From the NCBI GenBank assembly GCA_965198005.1, contig CBDAOI010000004.1:320001-384000 (forward strand): a DNA stretch of 64,000 nucleotides. Direction: 5' to 3'. The notes beneath the pieces are model-generated. The model made no database searches and had not been told where the DNA came from. It was given only the letters and a program-made list of their open reading frames with translations. This DNA is from Spirochaetia bacterium. GTDB lineage: Bacteria; Spirochaetota; Spirochaetia; SZUA-6; Bin103. Shown one piece after another: positions 22,040 to 32,129 of the stretch; within the stretch, counting starts at the first letter, position 1; each line of letters begins with the position of its first letter. Both the position numbers and the translations under genes were made by a program.

Positions 22040-23005
22040 ATGAGAGCCTACGTCATCCGCCGCGTGCTCCTCCTGATCCCCACCTTCTTCCTGCTGACGA
22101 TTCTGGTGTTCATCTCGGTGCGGTTCATACCGGGGGATGCCATAGACACGCTTCTGTACCGGATGGAGGATGGGGCAGGCGGCGGCACCCACATCGACCG
22201 TGCGGAGCTCGAGCGGCGGCTCGGGCTGGACGTGCCGGTGCCCTTGCAGTACGGCCGTTGGATGGGAGGGATATTGCTGCGCGGCGATCTGGGCACGCCG
22301 CTCCTACGCCCCGAGTCGGTTGGCGAGCTGATCGCCGGCCGGCTGCCGACCACCGCCGAGCTCGGCCTGGTGGCGCTGATCGTAGGCGTGCTGATCGGCG
22401 TGCCGATCGGCATCTACTCGGCGGTGCGGCAAGACACGGTGGGCGACTACGTCGGTCGCTCCTTCGCCATCTTCGGCCTGGCGACGCCCAACTTCTGGCT
22501 GGCCACCATCATCCTCATCTTCCCGGCGATCTGGTGGGGTTGGTCGCCGCCGCTGCGGCTGGTGCGCCTGACTGACGACTTCGTCGGCCACTTTGGCATC
22601 TTCATCGTGCCGGGTCTGATCCTGGGCACCTATCTGGCCGCCAGCACCATGCGCATGACCCGCACCATGATGCTCGAGGTGCTCCGGCAGGACTACATTC
22701 GCACCGCCTGGGCCAAGGGGCTGCGCGAGCGCCTGGTCATCCTGCGCCACGTGATCAAGAACGCGCTCATTCCGGTGGTGACGCTGGTGGGGCTGCAAGT
22801 GCCTATCTTGGTCGGGGGCGCGGTCATCATGGAGCAGATGTTCGCCATCCCCGGCCTGGGACGCCTGATGATCGGTGCCCTGATCGACCGCGACTACCCG
22901 TTGATCTCGGGGATCAACCTGTTCTTCGCCGGCGCGGTCATGGTCATCAACCTGCTGGTCGACGTGCTGTACGCCTACCTGGACCCACGCGTCCAGTACG
23001 GGTGA
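22040..23005 (+). CDS. DppB-like ABC permease
   Basis: MRAYVIRR, PGD, RTMMLEVLRQDYIRTAWAKGL, LDPRV. Confidence 0.93.
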   Translation: MRAYVIRRVLLLIPTFFLLTILVFISVRFIPGDAIDTLLYRMEDGAGGGTHIDRAELERRLGLDVPVPLQYGRWMGGILLRGDLGTPLLRPESVGELIAGRLPTTAELGLVALIVGVLIGVPIGIYSAVRQDTVGDYVGRSFAIFGLATPNFWLATIILIFPAIWWGWSPPLRLVRLTDDFVGHFGIFIVPGLILGTYLAASTMRMTRTMMLEVLRQDYIRTAWAKGLRERLVILRHVIKNALIPVVTLVGLQVPILVGGAVIMEQMFAIPGLGRLMIGALIDRDYPLISGINLFFAGAVMVINLLVDVLYAYLDPRVQYG

Positions 23006-23173
23006 GGGGATACGACCGCTGCGTGACATGGAAGACGATGAAATCGAAACACTTGCGTTGCCCGCTGGCCGGCACCTTCGGACTAGGGCACGGTTACTCC
23101 GTGACACGGACGACGATGACAACGACGCACGCGGCCGGGCACGGCGACCGGCACGTTCGGAGCGGGAGCCGCT

Positions 23174-24151
23174 ATGGGTGACGTAACCGCCGCGCACGCG
23201 CCACCGGCGCAGGGGGCGAAGGGGCAGTCGTTCCTGCGCGACCTGCTGCGCCGGCTGATCAGGGAGCGGCCGGTGGGCGCGGTCAGCGGCGTGATCGTGC
23301 TGCTGCTGTGCCTGGTGGCGATCTTCGCCGACCTGCTGGCGCCGTATCACTTCATGGACATGACCATGATCGACCGGCTCAAGGGGCCGTCGGGCACCTA
23401 CCCGCTGGGCACCGACCACATCGGCCGCGACCTGTTCAGCCGCCTGCTGTATGGGGCGCGGGTGTCGCTGGGGGTGGGGTTCGCCGCCACCACCCTGAGC
23501 GTGGTGGTGTCGCTGCTGATCGGCGGGGTGGCGGGGTTCGTGGGCGGCAAGCTCGACCTGGCGGTGCAGCGCTTCGTCGACGCCTGGATGTCGTTCCCGG
23601 GCCTGCTGCTGCTGCTGACCATCATGACCATCATCGGCCAGGGCATCCCGCAGATCATCGGCATGCTGGGGCTGGCCTCCGGGGTGGCCAACTCGCGGGT
23701 GGTGCGCGGGGCGGTGATCGGCATCAAGGGCAACCCCTACTTCGAGGCGGCGCATGCGATCGGCAGCCCGTCGTGGCGGACGCTGCTGCGCCACGTGTGG
23801 CCGAACATCACGGCGCCGATCATCATCATCTACTCGATCACCATCGGCTGGGCGATCATCGCGGAGGCGTCTTTGAGCTTTCTGGGGTTCGGGCTGCCGC
23901 CGGACGTGCCGAGCTGGGGCACGATGCTGAGCCGCGAGGGTCGGCAATACATGGAGATGGCGCCGCGGCTGGCGATGTGGCCGGGTGTCGCCCTGACCAT
24001 CGTCGTCTACTGCCTGAACATGGTAGGCGACGCGCTGCGCGACCTGCTGGACCCGCGGCTGCGCGGCGGCGGCGGGGTGGCCGGCGGGGTAGGCGCCCGC
24101 GCCGCCGAGCGCGCCACGAAGGCCCTGCAGAAGCTGGAACGCTCGCGCTGA
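23174..24151 (+). CDS. DppC-like ABC permease
   Basis: LGTDHIGRD, EAA loop, EASLSFLGFG, SWGTML, GDALRDLLDPR. Confidence 0.93.
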   Translation: MGDVTAAHAPPAQGAKGQSFLRDLLRRLIRERPVGAVSGVIVLLLCLVAIFADLLAPYHFMDMTMIDRLKGPSGTYPLGTDHIGRDLFSRLLYGARVSLGVGFAATTLSVVVSLLIGGVAGFVGGKLDLAVQRFVDAWMSFPGLLLLLTIMTIIGQGIPQIIGMLGLASGVANSRVVRGAVIGIKGNPYFEAAHAIGSPSWRTLLRHVWPNITAPIIIIYSITIGWAIIAEASLSFLGFGLPPDVPSWGTMLSREGRQYMEMAPRLAMWPGVALTIVVYCLNMVGDALRDLLDPRLRGGGGVAGGVGARAAERATKALQKLERSR

Positions 24152-24169
24152 GCCTCGGTTGTCCCCGGC

Positions 24170-24354
24170 GGTGCGACTATGTCAATGCGACGATCGGCTT
24201 TCAGGAACTTGGCGGGTTGACCGACAAATCGCCCAAGAGCCTGATGCGCATGTTCGGCCCCAGCGGCAATCCGCAAGCCCGTAACCTGTTCGAGATCATC
24301 GGCTGCCTTCAGGAACGCGAAGGGCTTCACCTCAGAGTCCAGGCGGTTCGCTAG
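24170..24354 (+). pseudogene. HTH antitoxin/transcriptional regulator, C-terminal remnant
   Basis: DYVNATIGFQEL...KSLMRMFGPSGNPQARNLF; no start codon. Confidence 0.6.
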
Positions 24355-24406
24355 CGGGTGGCAGGCTTTGTTGTCGGACGTGATCGGAATCCGTAGACTG
24401 CATCTC

Positions 24407-24652
24407 ATGGCGGGCGATCTCAACGGCGAGTTGCGCGGGTTCGTCGAACGGTGGCGTATTGCCGGTGCCCGGCTGGCGGCGTTGCGCCGCGCGGAACTCC
24501 GCAATGTCGAGGTGGCCGACCACATCGAGTCTCTTGACGGTGCGTTCGAAGCGACGCTCGCCGGTCCGGTACGAACCACGTCCGGGCTGGTGCAGCAGCA
24601 GGCGATGTTTGCCAGACTGCGGGATGCGCGACCTCTTTCTCCTGGCGAATGA
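24407..24652 (+). CDS. small hypothetical protein, probable partner of the downstream nucleotidyltransferase
   Basis: VERWRIAG..L...SGLVQQQAMF; overlaps the NTase start. Confidence 0.6.
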   Translation: MAGDLNGELRGFVERWRIAGARLAALRRAELRNVEVADHIESLDGAFEATLAGPVRTTSGLVQQQAMFARLRDARPLSPGE

Positions 24653-25202
24653 GATCCAGTCGTTCTGCGGGGAGCGCGGCTGGGAATTCTGTTTCATCGG
24701 TGGCTTGGCGCTCCAGCGGTGGGGAGAGCCGCGCCTCACCGGGGACGTGGATCTCACCATTCTTACCGGCTTCGGCCGAGAAACCGCATATGTCGAGCAG
24801 CTCTGCCGCGCGTATCCCGGACGCATTGCGGGCGCTGCCGAATTCGCCCACCGTACCCGGGTGCTCCTGCTCCGATCCGCGCGCGGCATCCCGATCGACA
24901 TTTCACTTGGTGCGCTGCCGTTCGAGCAGCGGGTAATCGAACGAGCGACCCTCTACGAATTCCTGCCCGAAGTCCGTCTGAACACGTGCTCGGCGGAGGA
25001 TCTGGTAGTGCTCAAAGCATTCGCGGATCGCTCGCGCGACTGGGCGGATATTGAGGGCATCGTGCTGCGCACCGGCGCCCGGCTCGACTGGGCGATGATT
25101 GAAGCCGAGTTGCAACCGCTCTGCGAGGCGAAGGAAGCGCCGGACATTCCAGCGCGGTTGAGCGCGCTGCGCGTCTCGCACGGAGACGGACCCGCATCAT
25201 GA
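24624..25202 (+). CDS. nucleotidyltransferase (AbiEii/DUF6036-like)
   Basis: FIGGLAL..WGEPRLTGDVDL, SAEDLVVLK, R.RDWADI. Confidence 0.8.
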   Translation: MRDLFLLANEIQSFCGERGWEFCFIGGLALQRWGEPRLTGDVDLTILTGFGRETAYVEQLCRAYPGRIAGAAEFAHRTRVLLLRSARGIPIDISLGALPFEQRVIERATLYEFLPEVRLNTCSAEDLVVLKAFADRSRDWADIEGIVLRTGARLDWAMIEAELQPLCEAKEAPDIPARLSALRVSHGDGPAS

Positions 25203-25215
25203 TGGCGGAAAGCGG

Positions 25216-25391
25216 GGAGATATTGGGAAGATCGAGTGGGACTCGATCACCGCCACCGACGATTCGACCGTAGTGTTCAGGCTCGCCGCGCCCAGTCTCG
25301 ACGCCCTGAGGACCATACTCCTCGGAAGCCACTCGACTACGTACGTCGTCGCCCGCGAGGTGGTCGAGCAATTCGGAGACATCACCCACTA
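25216..25391 (+). pseudogene. isolated internal fragment of a family 5 SBP gene
   Basis: KIEWDSITATDDSTVVFRL...VAREVVEQFGDI aligns with SBP1 20635-20785. Confidence 0.8.
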
Positions 25392-25426
25392 AACCTCCAC
25401 TAAACCCCACTAAACCGCAACCGCCA

Positions 25427-25816
25427 TTGTTCTCAGTGCAAGAAAGCGCTACGTTTTGTCGCGACACCATGGGAGGAACAACCGTGCGCAATATTGAAGT
25501 GTTCTCGGTGCGGGACCTGCGGTTGCGTTCCAGTGAACTGGTGCGCGAGGCCGAGGGCCGGCAAGTCTCAATCATAACCAAGCGCGGTAAGCCCGCCGTG
25601 CTGGCACTGCCCTTCGGCGGCCGCCTGCTTGACCTGGGCGTCGACAAGGACTTGGCGATTGCCCTGTTCGAGCGCAGGCTCCTCACTCTGGCCAAGGCCG
25701 CGAAGCTTGCAGGTGTCACCCAGGACGCGTTCATGGACGTGCTCGGGTCAGCCGGCATCGTGGCAGTCGACTATCCCCCGGAGGAATTGGACGAGGAGCT
25801 GCAGGTCGAGATCTGA
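25427..25816 (+). CDS. Phd-like/UPF0175 antitoxin
   Basis: FSVRDLR..SELVR, IITKRGKP, LTLAKAAKLAG, YPPEELDEEL; start may be 25469. Confidence 0.75.
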   Translation: MFSVQESATFCRDTMGGTTVRNIEVFSVRDLRLRSSELVREAEGRQVSIITKRGKPAVLALPFGGRLLDLGVDKDLAIALFERRLLTLAKAAKLAGVTQDAFMDVLGSAGIVAVDYPPEELDEELQVEI

Positions 25817-25821
25817 CCGCG

Positions 25822-26297
25822 ATGATCGTGTCGGACGCGGGTCCGCTGATCGCCTTGCGCGAATTGGGCAGCTGCTCCTTCTCCGCACGCTGTTCGGGGA
25901 GGTGGTCGTACCGCAGACCGTGCTGCGCGAGCTGCAGCTCGATGCGCCGCGTGTCGGCGTAACTGCACTGGCCGAAGCTGTCCAGTGTCAACGCTGGATA
26001 CGTTCCGTGACGCAACCCGATGATCGTCCGATTCCTGGCCTTGATGCAGGCGAATGGGCAGCGATCCGGCTCGCTCGGCACCGGGGAATTCTGCTGCTCA
26101 TCGACGAGCGCCGGGGACGCGCCGCTGCGCGCAAGCAGGGGGTGGAGATTATCGGCACCGGGCGCGTCCTGATTGCTGCCAAAGACAAAGGGTTGATCGA
26201 GTCGGTTGCCGGAGCGCTGGACGACCTCCAAGGGGCCGGCTATCGCCTGTCCGACGACCTTCGTTCACGGCTATTGAGCATCGCCGGTGAGGGATGA
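25822..26297 (+). pseudogene. DUF3368 PIN toxin with a 1-nt frameshift near the 5' end
   Basis: MIVSDAGPLIAL then a frame change to RIGQL..., LDAGEWAAI, LLIDERRGR, IIGTG. Confidence 0.75.
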
Positions 26298-26419
26298 AGA
26301 GATCGTGCTGCGGGGCGACGGCGCTCCCGGCAGGTGGTTTGAATTCCTGGGGACACCGAATCAGCTATTATGGTGAAGTGATCAGATGAGCACGTTTTGG
26401 GAGCAGGTGGGGGGATACC

Positions 26420-26852
26420 TCGAGCGCGAGCTTTTTGAGGGAGCCGAGGACGGCGGCGACGTGGCCGTGGGGGTAGCTGCGGAGGCAGGTGAAGGCGGTT
26501 TCGGGATTGACCAGGGATTCGCCTTTGAGAGCTCTGCGGACGAGATCGATGATGTGGAGGGGGAGGTGGGAGATGTTGCCGAGGGTTTCATGCTTGACCT
26601 TGCCGTCCTGGCGGAAGGTTCGGCGCAGCAGATGGGTGCGGTAGGTTTGGTTGTTGTGGTGGCGGGTAGTGGTGGCTACGTGGACAGCGCCGTTTCTAGG
26701 TGGCATGGGGCAAATATGGACATAGAAGGCCATAGTAGTCAACAGAAATCGAAAAGTATTAGTGGCTACACTTTGCACATTCAGATAGCACCTAACTATC
26801 GTACAAGAAAGCAAGAAAGGAATTAAGGCCGATTTAGCCTCTGGAACTTCGG
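26420..26852 (-). mobile_element. IS1634-family element, left end and transposase 5' fragment
   Basis: End CCGAAGTTCC; HLLRRTFRQDGKVKHETLGNISHLP, HGHVAAV. Confidence 0.75.
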
Positions 26853-26910
26853 GAGTCCCAGTAGTTATCGTTCCTGGTGTAGGTCCACGAGCTGCCCTCC
26901 ACCACGTCGG

Positions 26911-27930
26911 TCAGCTGATAGGGACCCGTTCCGACCACGTTGCGCCAGTCTTGAATGCGCCTTGGCTGGCGGAGGAGACCAGGCGCGCGTACTTGGCCAG
27001 GGCGCCGCGGCTGTAGGGGATGGGACGCTCCGGCAGGGAGGCCAGGCGCCGCTCGATCTCGGCCGCGGGCAGCGCCACGTCGATCGACTTGTGCTCGAGG
27101 TCGATGGTGATGAGGTCGCCCTCGCGGATCGCCGCGATCGGGCCGCCGGCCTGCGCCTCCGGGGCGATGTGGCCGACCACGATGCCGTGGCTGCCGCCGG
27201 AGAAGCGGCCGTCGGTGATCAGCGCCACGTCTGCGATCAGGCCGGCGCCGGCGATGGCCGAGGTCAGGGCCAGCATCTCGCGCATGCCGGGCCCGCCGCG
27301 CGGCCCCTCGTAGCGGATCACCAGCACGTCGCCCTTGCGCACCTGACCCGTCAGAATCGCCTGCAACGCGCCCTCCTCCGCCTCGAACACCCGCGCCGGG
27401 CCGCGGTGGCGGCGCACCGTCACGCCGGAGGACTTCAGCACCGCCCCTTCGGGCGCCAGGTTGCCCTTGATCACCAGGATGCCGCCGCTCTCCTTGAGTG
27501 GTCGGTCCACCGGGTAGACCACGTCCTGCCCGTCGAGCCGCACCTCCACGTCGGCCAGGTTCTCGGCCATGGTGCGGCCGGTGACCGTGATGCAGTCGCC
27601 GTGCAGCAGGCCGGCGTCGAGCAGCATGCGCAGTACCATGGATACGCCGCCCACCTGATCCAGGTCCTTCATCACGTAGCGGCCGGCCGGCTTGAGGTCG
27701 GCCAAGGTCGGGGTGCTTTCGGCGATCGGGTTGAAGTCGTCGATGGTCAGGTCCACCTCCGCCTCGTGGGCCATCGCCAGCAGGTGCAGCACCGCGTTGG
27801 TGGAGCCGCCCAGCGCCATCACGACGCGGATCGCGTTCAGGAACGCCTCGCGGGTCATGATGTCGCGTGGCTTGAGGCCGCGGCGCAGGCAGGCGATAAC
27901 CGCCTGCCCGGCGGCGATCAGATCCTGCTC
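26911..27930 (-). pseudogene. ilvD: dihydroxy-acid dehydratase, C-terminal half only
   Basis: GGSTNAVLHL, GNLAPEGAV, YEGPRGGPGMREML, TDGRFSG; 5' half replaced at a junction near 27925. Confidence 0.85.
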
Positions 27931-28575
27931 GGCATCGGATACAAATATCTGTTTGACACCACCGCCGGCTTCAACGACGATCCCCCGGCCATACGGGAGC
28001 GCGAGCGTGTACTCCGTGAGACCGGACGCCTCAGCGGAGTAACGCTCGGCGCCGGGGTATCGAGCGCCATCCCGATTACCGCCCTCCAAACCGACGCCCC
28101 CATGCGCGCCTTCCTCAACGTTCCGCCGACCATCGCCTTTAATCCCGATATCAGCGTCGGCTTCCACATTCACAAGATTGACGCGGAAGTCCGCTCCACC
28201 TTCCGCTTCATGTATCTCCAACAGGACGGCGGTTTCGGCGTCAACCAGACCTTTCTGCGCTTCGCGGCCTCCCTGGAGTTGATCAAGTTTCTCTTCGACT
28301 ACCACGGCTTCGTGCCCTTCTTCGGCGTCGGCGCCGAATTCAATTACCTCACCTATCGGGAGCGCTCCGCCTCCTCCCTCAAACTTGAGGGTTCCCGTTT
28401 CGGTGTCCCGATCGTGTTCGGCTGGGATATCCGCCCGCACGTTGCCGTAAACTGGCTGCTCAGAACCAATCTGCGCTACAACCCTCTGCTCAACTTGGAG
28501 GGTAACGGCGTCCGCGCCCCCTTCGACCACTTCGAGTTCAACTTTATCCAGTTTGTCTACTACCTCGGGCGTTGA
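27925..28575 (+). pseudogene. outer-membrane beta-barrel-like protein, C-terminal part
   Basis: Aromatic alternating strands (FVPFFGVGAEF, VFGWDIRP, FEFNFIQFVYY); no start; abuts the ilvD fragment. Confidence 0.6.
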
Positions 28576-28642
28576 GCAGCGCCCGCGCCGAGCGGAGTGG
28601 ATGAGCCGTGCTGGCAGGCCGACGCGGCGACCGCGTTTCCGG

Positions 28643-29254
28643 TCAGCCCGCGAACGCGTTCAGGTAGGGTAGCCGCGCGGTGACGGCGGCGATCTCGCTG
28701 CGGTTGGCCAGCAGCAGGGCGGTGGAATCCCAGGTGCCGCGCACCAGGGCGTGGCGTGCTCCTGCGGGCAGGTCGACCGCGCAGCTCAGCGCCCCGGCGG
28801 TGACCTGCTTGGCCTCCAGGTCCACCGTCACCTCGGTGGCGGGGTCCTGCTTGACCAGCGCCTGCAGCCGCTCCACGTCGGCGCCGCCGGCGCGCACCAC
28901 GGGCAGCCCCAACACCGTGCAGTTACCTGAAAAAATCTCCGCGAACGACTCGCCGACGATGGCGCGGATCCCGAACCGCTGCAGCGCCTGCGGCGCGTGC
29001 TCGCGCGAGGAGCCGCAGCCAAAGTTGCGCCCCACCAGCAGGATCGAGCCGCCACTGTAGCGGGGGTCGTCGAACGGGTGGGTGCGGCCCGCCCCGCGGT
29101 CGGCGGCGCGCGCGTCGATGAACGCCCCCTCCCCCAGGCCGTCGAAGGTGATACTCTTCAGGTAGCGGGCGGGGATGATGCGGTCGGTGTCGATGTCGTT
29201 GCCGCGCATCGGAATGGCGCGGCCGGTGGTAACGGCGCGAACGGCATTACTCAT
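28643..29254 (-). CDS. leuD: 3-isopropylmalate dehydratase small subunit
   Basis: DIDTDRIIPARYL, NFGCGSSREHAPQAL, SFAEIF. Confidence 0.92.
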   Translation of the reverse strand: MSNAVRAVTTGRAIPMRGNDIDTDRIIPARYLKSITFDGLGEGAFIDARAADRGAGRTHPFDDPRYSGGSILLVGRNFGCGSSREHAPQALQRFGIRAIVGESFAEIFSGNCTVLGLPVVRAGGADVERLQALVKQDPATEVTVDLEAKQVTAGALSCAVDLPAGARHALVRGTWDSTALLLANRSEIAAVTARLPYLNAFAG

Positions 29255-29342
29255 CGCACGCCACTGCCAGCGGCCGCGCTCCCGGCCGTAACCGGTCAAT
29301 CAGTTTGCTCGGGTACATGTGGCCAACAGCCTATCCTGATTA

Positions 29343-29696
29343 TCAAGCGAGAGGGAAGTAGATAACCTGGTCTGCCCAGTCCTCCGCACTGCTGCACTGC
29401 ACGACGAGAAGCATTTCATCAATCGCGTGCGCGACCGGCATTTGGGTCTGGACGACGAAGACTCCCGGCATCGGCTTTCCTTCCGTTACTCGGTCAAGGG
29501 CAAAACCCGGCACGGTGCGCCGATCGTGCGTGAGCAGGATCCTGCCGTGATCGGCCGCCCAATGCAGTATCGTCCGATCGTCGGTACCCCCCAATCCCAC
29601 GTCCTGCACGCGTATCAGGTCGATGGTCAGCAGTCGCCGGACCAAGCCGCGCACGATGTGGTTGTCGAAGTTTTCGTCACTCAGCAGGCGGAGCAA
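29343..29696 (-). CDS. DUF5615 PIN-like toxin
   Basis: LLSDENF, DDRTILHWA, RILLTHD. Confidence 0.8.
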   Translation of the reverse strand: MLRLLSDENFDNHIVRGLVRRLLTIDLIRVQDVGLGGTDDRTILHWAADHGRILLTHDRRTVPGFALDRVTEGKPMPGVFVVQTQMPVAHAIDEMLLVVQCSSAEDWADQVIYFPLA

Positions 29697-30052
29697 TTCC
29701 GCTCGCCCTTGGCGCGCTGTATGAGGCGTTCGCGCACGCCGCTCTGATCCGCTTGCGTTGCCTGGACGCGGCGGCGCACGTCCAGGGCCTCGGCATCACA
29801 GCGGCACATGTACTCGTCGATCTGTTCTCGATGAGTCAAGCAATAGGCGAGCACGGCGTAGACGTCAGCGAGGCTCAACGTATCGTACGACTGGACGATC
29901 GTCTCGGGGGTCGCGCCGCACTGAAAGGCATGAACCACGAGCTCCAGCAACACGCGGGTGTCGCCTACGCGCAGGACCCCCGCTGGATCCTCTCTGAGAG
30001 GGACGGTCACGGGCTCGACCGCCGACCTGCCGGAAGGATGCGGGCTTGCCAT
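29681..30052 (-). CDS. DUF433 antitoxin
   Basis: LRVGDTRV.LE, GATPETI..Y..LSLADVY. Confidence 0.8.
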   Translation of the reverse strand: MASPHPSGRSAVEPVTVPLREDPAGVLRVGDTRVLLELVVHAFQCGATPETIVQSYDTLSLADVYAVLAYCLTHREQIDEYMCRCDAEALDVRRRVQATQADQSGVRERLIQRAKGERNCSAC

Positions 30053-30154
30053 AGCAGGGCCATCATACTGTGCCGGCATCCGGAGCGCAAATGCTGGACC
30101 CGCTGGACCAGGCTCGACGGCTATACCGCCCCCGCTGACCACCGGCACCAGCGA

Positions 30155-31009
30155 TTAGGCGCCCAGACGGCCCACCCCACCCCGCAGCCGCGGGTCGAGC
30201 ATGTCCCGGACAGCGTCGCCGAACATGTTGATGCCATACACGACAATCGTCAGGCACAGGCCCGGCCAAATCGCCAAGCGCGGCGCGATTGACATGTACT
30301 GGCGCCCCTCGCGGCTGAGCATGCCGCCCCAGCTCGGTACCGTGGTCGGCAGACCGAACCCCAGGAAGCTCAACGATGCCTCGGCGACGATGATGGCGCC
30401 GATGGTGATCGAGAAGATGATGATGATGGGCGGCATGACATTCGGCAGCACGTGTCGCCACAGGATCTGCGCGGCTGGGCTGCCAACCGCCCGGGCCGCC
30501 TGGAAGTAGTCGTTCTCCTTGATGGCGATGACGGCACTGCGCACCACCCGGGAATTGCTGATGCCCGAGGAGATGCCGAGCACGAGAATGATCTGCAGCA
30601 GACCGCGGCCGGCCAGCGACATGATCGTCAGCAACACCAGCAGCCCCGGCATCGACATCCACGCGTCGACGAAGCGCTGCACCACCAGATCGAATCTTCC
30701 GCCGAGAAACCCGGCGACGCCGCCGACCAGCGCCGCGACCACCACGTGCAAGGTGGTCGCCGCCAGCCCGACGAACAGCGACAGGCGGGCGCCGTGGATC
30801 AGGCGGCTCAGGAAGTCGCGTCCCAACTGGTCGGTGCCGAGCGGATGCAGGCTCGATGGCTCGGCCAGGCGATCGTCGAGGTTCATCTCGCCGAAGCGAA
30901 ATGGCGCCAGAACATCGGCCAAGATACTCACCAGGATCAACACCAGGATGATGGCGGCCCCGACGGTACCCAACGGATGCTCCCGGAACAGTCTCTTCAG
31001 CAGCACCAT
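30155..31009 (-). CDS. DppC-like ABC permease
   Basis: LGTDQLGRD, EASLSFLGFG, GDAVRDMLDPR. Confidence 0.93.
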   Translation of the reverse strand: MVLLKRLFREHPLGTVGAAIILVLILVSILADVLAPFRFGEMNLDDRLAEPSSLHPLGTDQLGRDFLSRLIHGARLSLFVGLAATTLHVVVAALVGGVAGFLGGRFDLVVQRFVDAWMSMPGLLVLLTIMSLAGRGLLQIILVLGISSGISNSRVVRSAVIAIKENDYFQAARAVGSPAAQILWRHVLPNVMPPIIIIFSITIGAIIVAEASLSFLGFGLPTTVPSWGGMLSREGRQYMSIAPRLAIWPGLCLTIVVYGINMFGDAVRDMLDPRLRGGVGRLGA

Positions 31010-31014
31010 GCTCG

Positions 31015-31977
31015 CTACCGGTAGCGCACGCGCGGGTCGAGGAACCCGTAGAGCAGATCGACCACCAGGTTGATGACCACCACGCCGGCGGCAAAGACCA
31101 AGTTTACGCCGGAGACCATCGGGTAGTCTCGGTCGAGGAGGGCATTCACCAAGAGACGCCCGATCCCCGGCAGGTTGAAGATGTTCTCCATTATTACCGA
31201 TCCGCCGATCAGGATGGGGAGCTGCAGACCGGTGAGGGTGATGACGGGAATGAGGGCATTCTTGATGGCGTGCCTGACCACGACCACTCGTTCCCGCAGG
31301 CCCTTGGACCAGGCGGTTCGTACGTAGTCTTGCCTGAGCACCTCCAGCATCATGGTGCGGGTCATGCGCATGGTCGCGGCGGCGAAGTAGGTGCCCAGAA
31401 TCAGACTGGGGATGATGAACACGCCGAGATTGCCCAGCAGGTCATCCGAGAGGTCAATCATCCGAATCGGCGGGGTCCAGTTCCACCAGATCGCCGGAAA
31501 GACAATAACCAGCAGACCCAGCCAGAAGTTGGGAGTCGCCAATCCGACGATGGCTAGGGAACGCCCGGCGTAGTCGGCGAGCGTGTTGCGGCGGATCGCC
31601 GAGTAGATGCCCACCGGCAGCGCGATGATGAGCCCGATGGCGATTGCCAGAAGGCCAAGCTCGAGGGTGACCGGCAACCTCCGGAGAATCTGCTCCTCGA
31701 TCGTGATGGCGCTGCCAAGCAGCGACTTCCCGAGCGTGCCGTGCAGCACGATGCCGCCGATCCAGCGCGCGTACTGCACGTGCGCAGGCACATCGAGGCC
31801 GAGAAAGCGCTCGAGCTCTGCGCGAGTTTCAACAGTTCCTCCAGAAATACTGCTGGTCAAAAGCATCGCGTCGACAACATCACCGGGGATGAAACGGATG
31901 AGCAGGAACACCAGGATGCTGACCAACAACAACGTCGGGATCATCAGCAGCAGCCGTCTAATGATGTAGGCTCTCAT
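31015..31977 (-). CDS. DppB-like ABC permease
   Basis: MRAYIIRR, RTMMLEVLRQDY, LDPRVRY. Confidence 0.93.
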   Translation of the reverse strand: MRAYIIRRLLLMIPTLLLVSILVFLLIRFIPGDVVDAMLLTSSISGGTVETRAELERFLGLDVPAHVQYARWIGGIVLHGTLGKSLLGSAITIEEQILRRLPVTLELGLLAIAIGLIIALPVGIYSAIRRNTLADYAGRSLAIVGLATPNFWLGLLVIVFPAIWWNWTPPIRMIDLSDDLLGNLGVFIIPSLILGTYFAAATMRMTRTMMLEVLRQDYVRTAWSKGLRERVVVVRHAIKNALIPVITLTGLQLPILIGGSVIMENIFNLPGIGRLLVNALLDRDYPMVSGVNLVFAAGVVVINLVVDLLYGFLDPRVRYR

Positions 31978-32003
31978 GAAGTGTGGTGCTGGAGGGGTAG
32001 CCG

Positions 32004-32129
32004 TGGACCCCGCCCGTAGGCGGGGTCCATTGGAACCGCCTTCGGCGGTTCCCTAAGCCAACGGCGAAGCCGCTGGCTCAGCAGCCGCGCGGAGCGCTGC
32101 TGCAATGGAAACCGCCTCCGGCGGTTTCC
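32004..32129 (-). repeat. three REP-like stem-loops between SBP2 and its permease
   Basis: GGACCCCGCC/GGCGGGGTCC, GGAACCGCC/GGCGGTTCC, GGAAACCGCC/GGCGGTTTCC; the last recurs at 50214. Confidence 0.7.

Noticed and set aside
26911-28575. The 539-aa (-) and 537-aa (+) ORFs as full genes
   Set aside because: Each is half real gene (ilvD or beta-barrel) and half antisense of the other across a junction.
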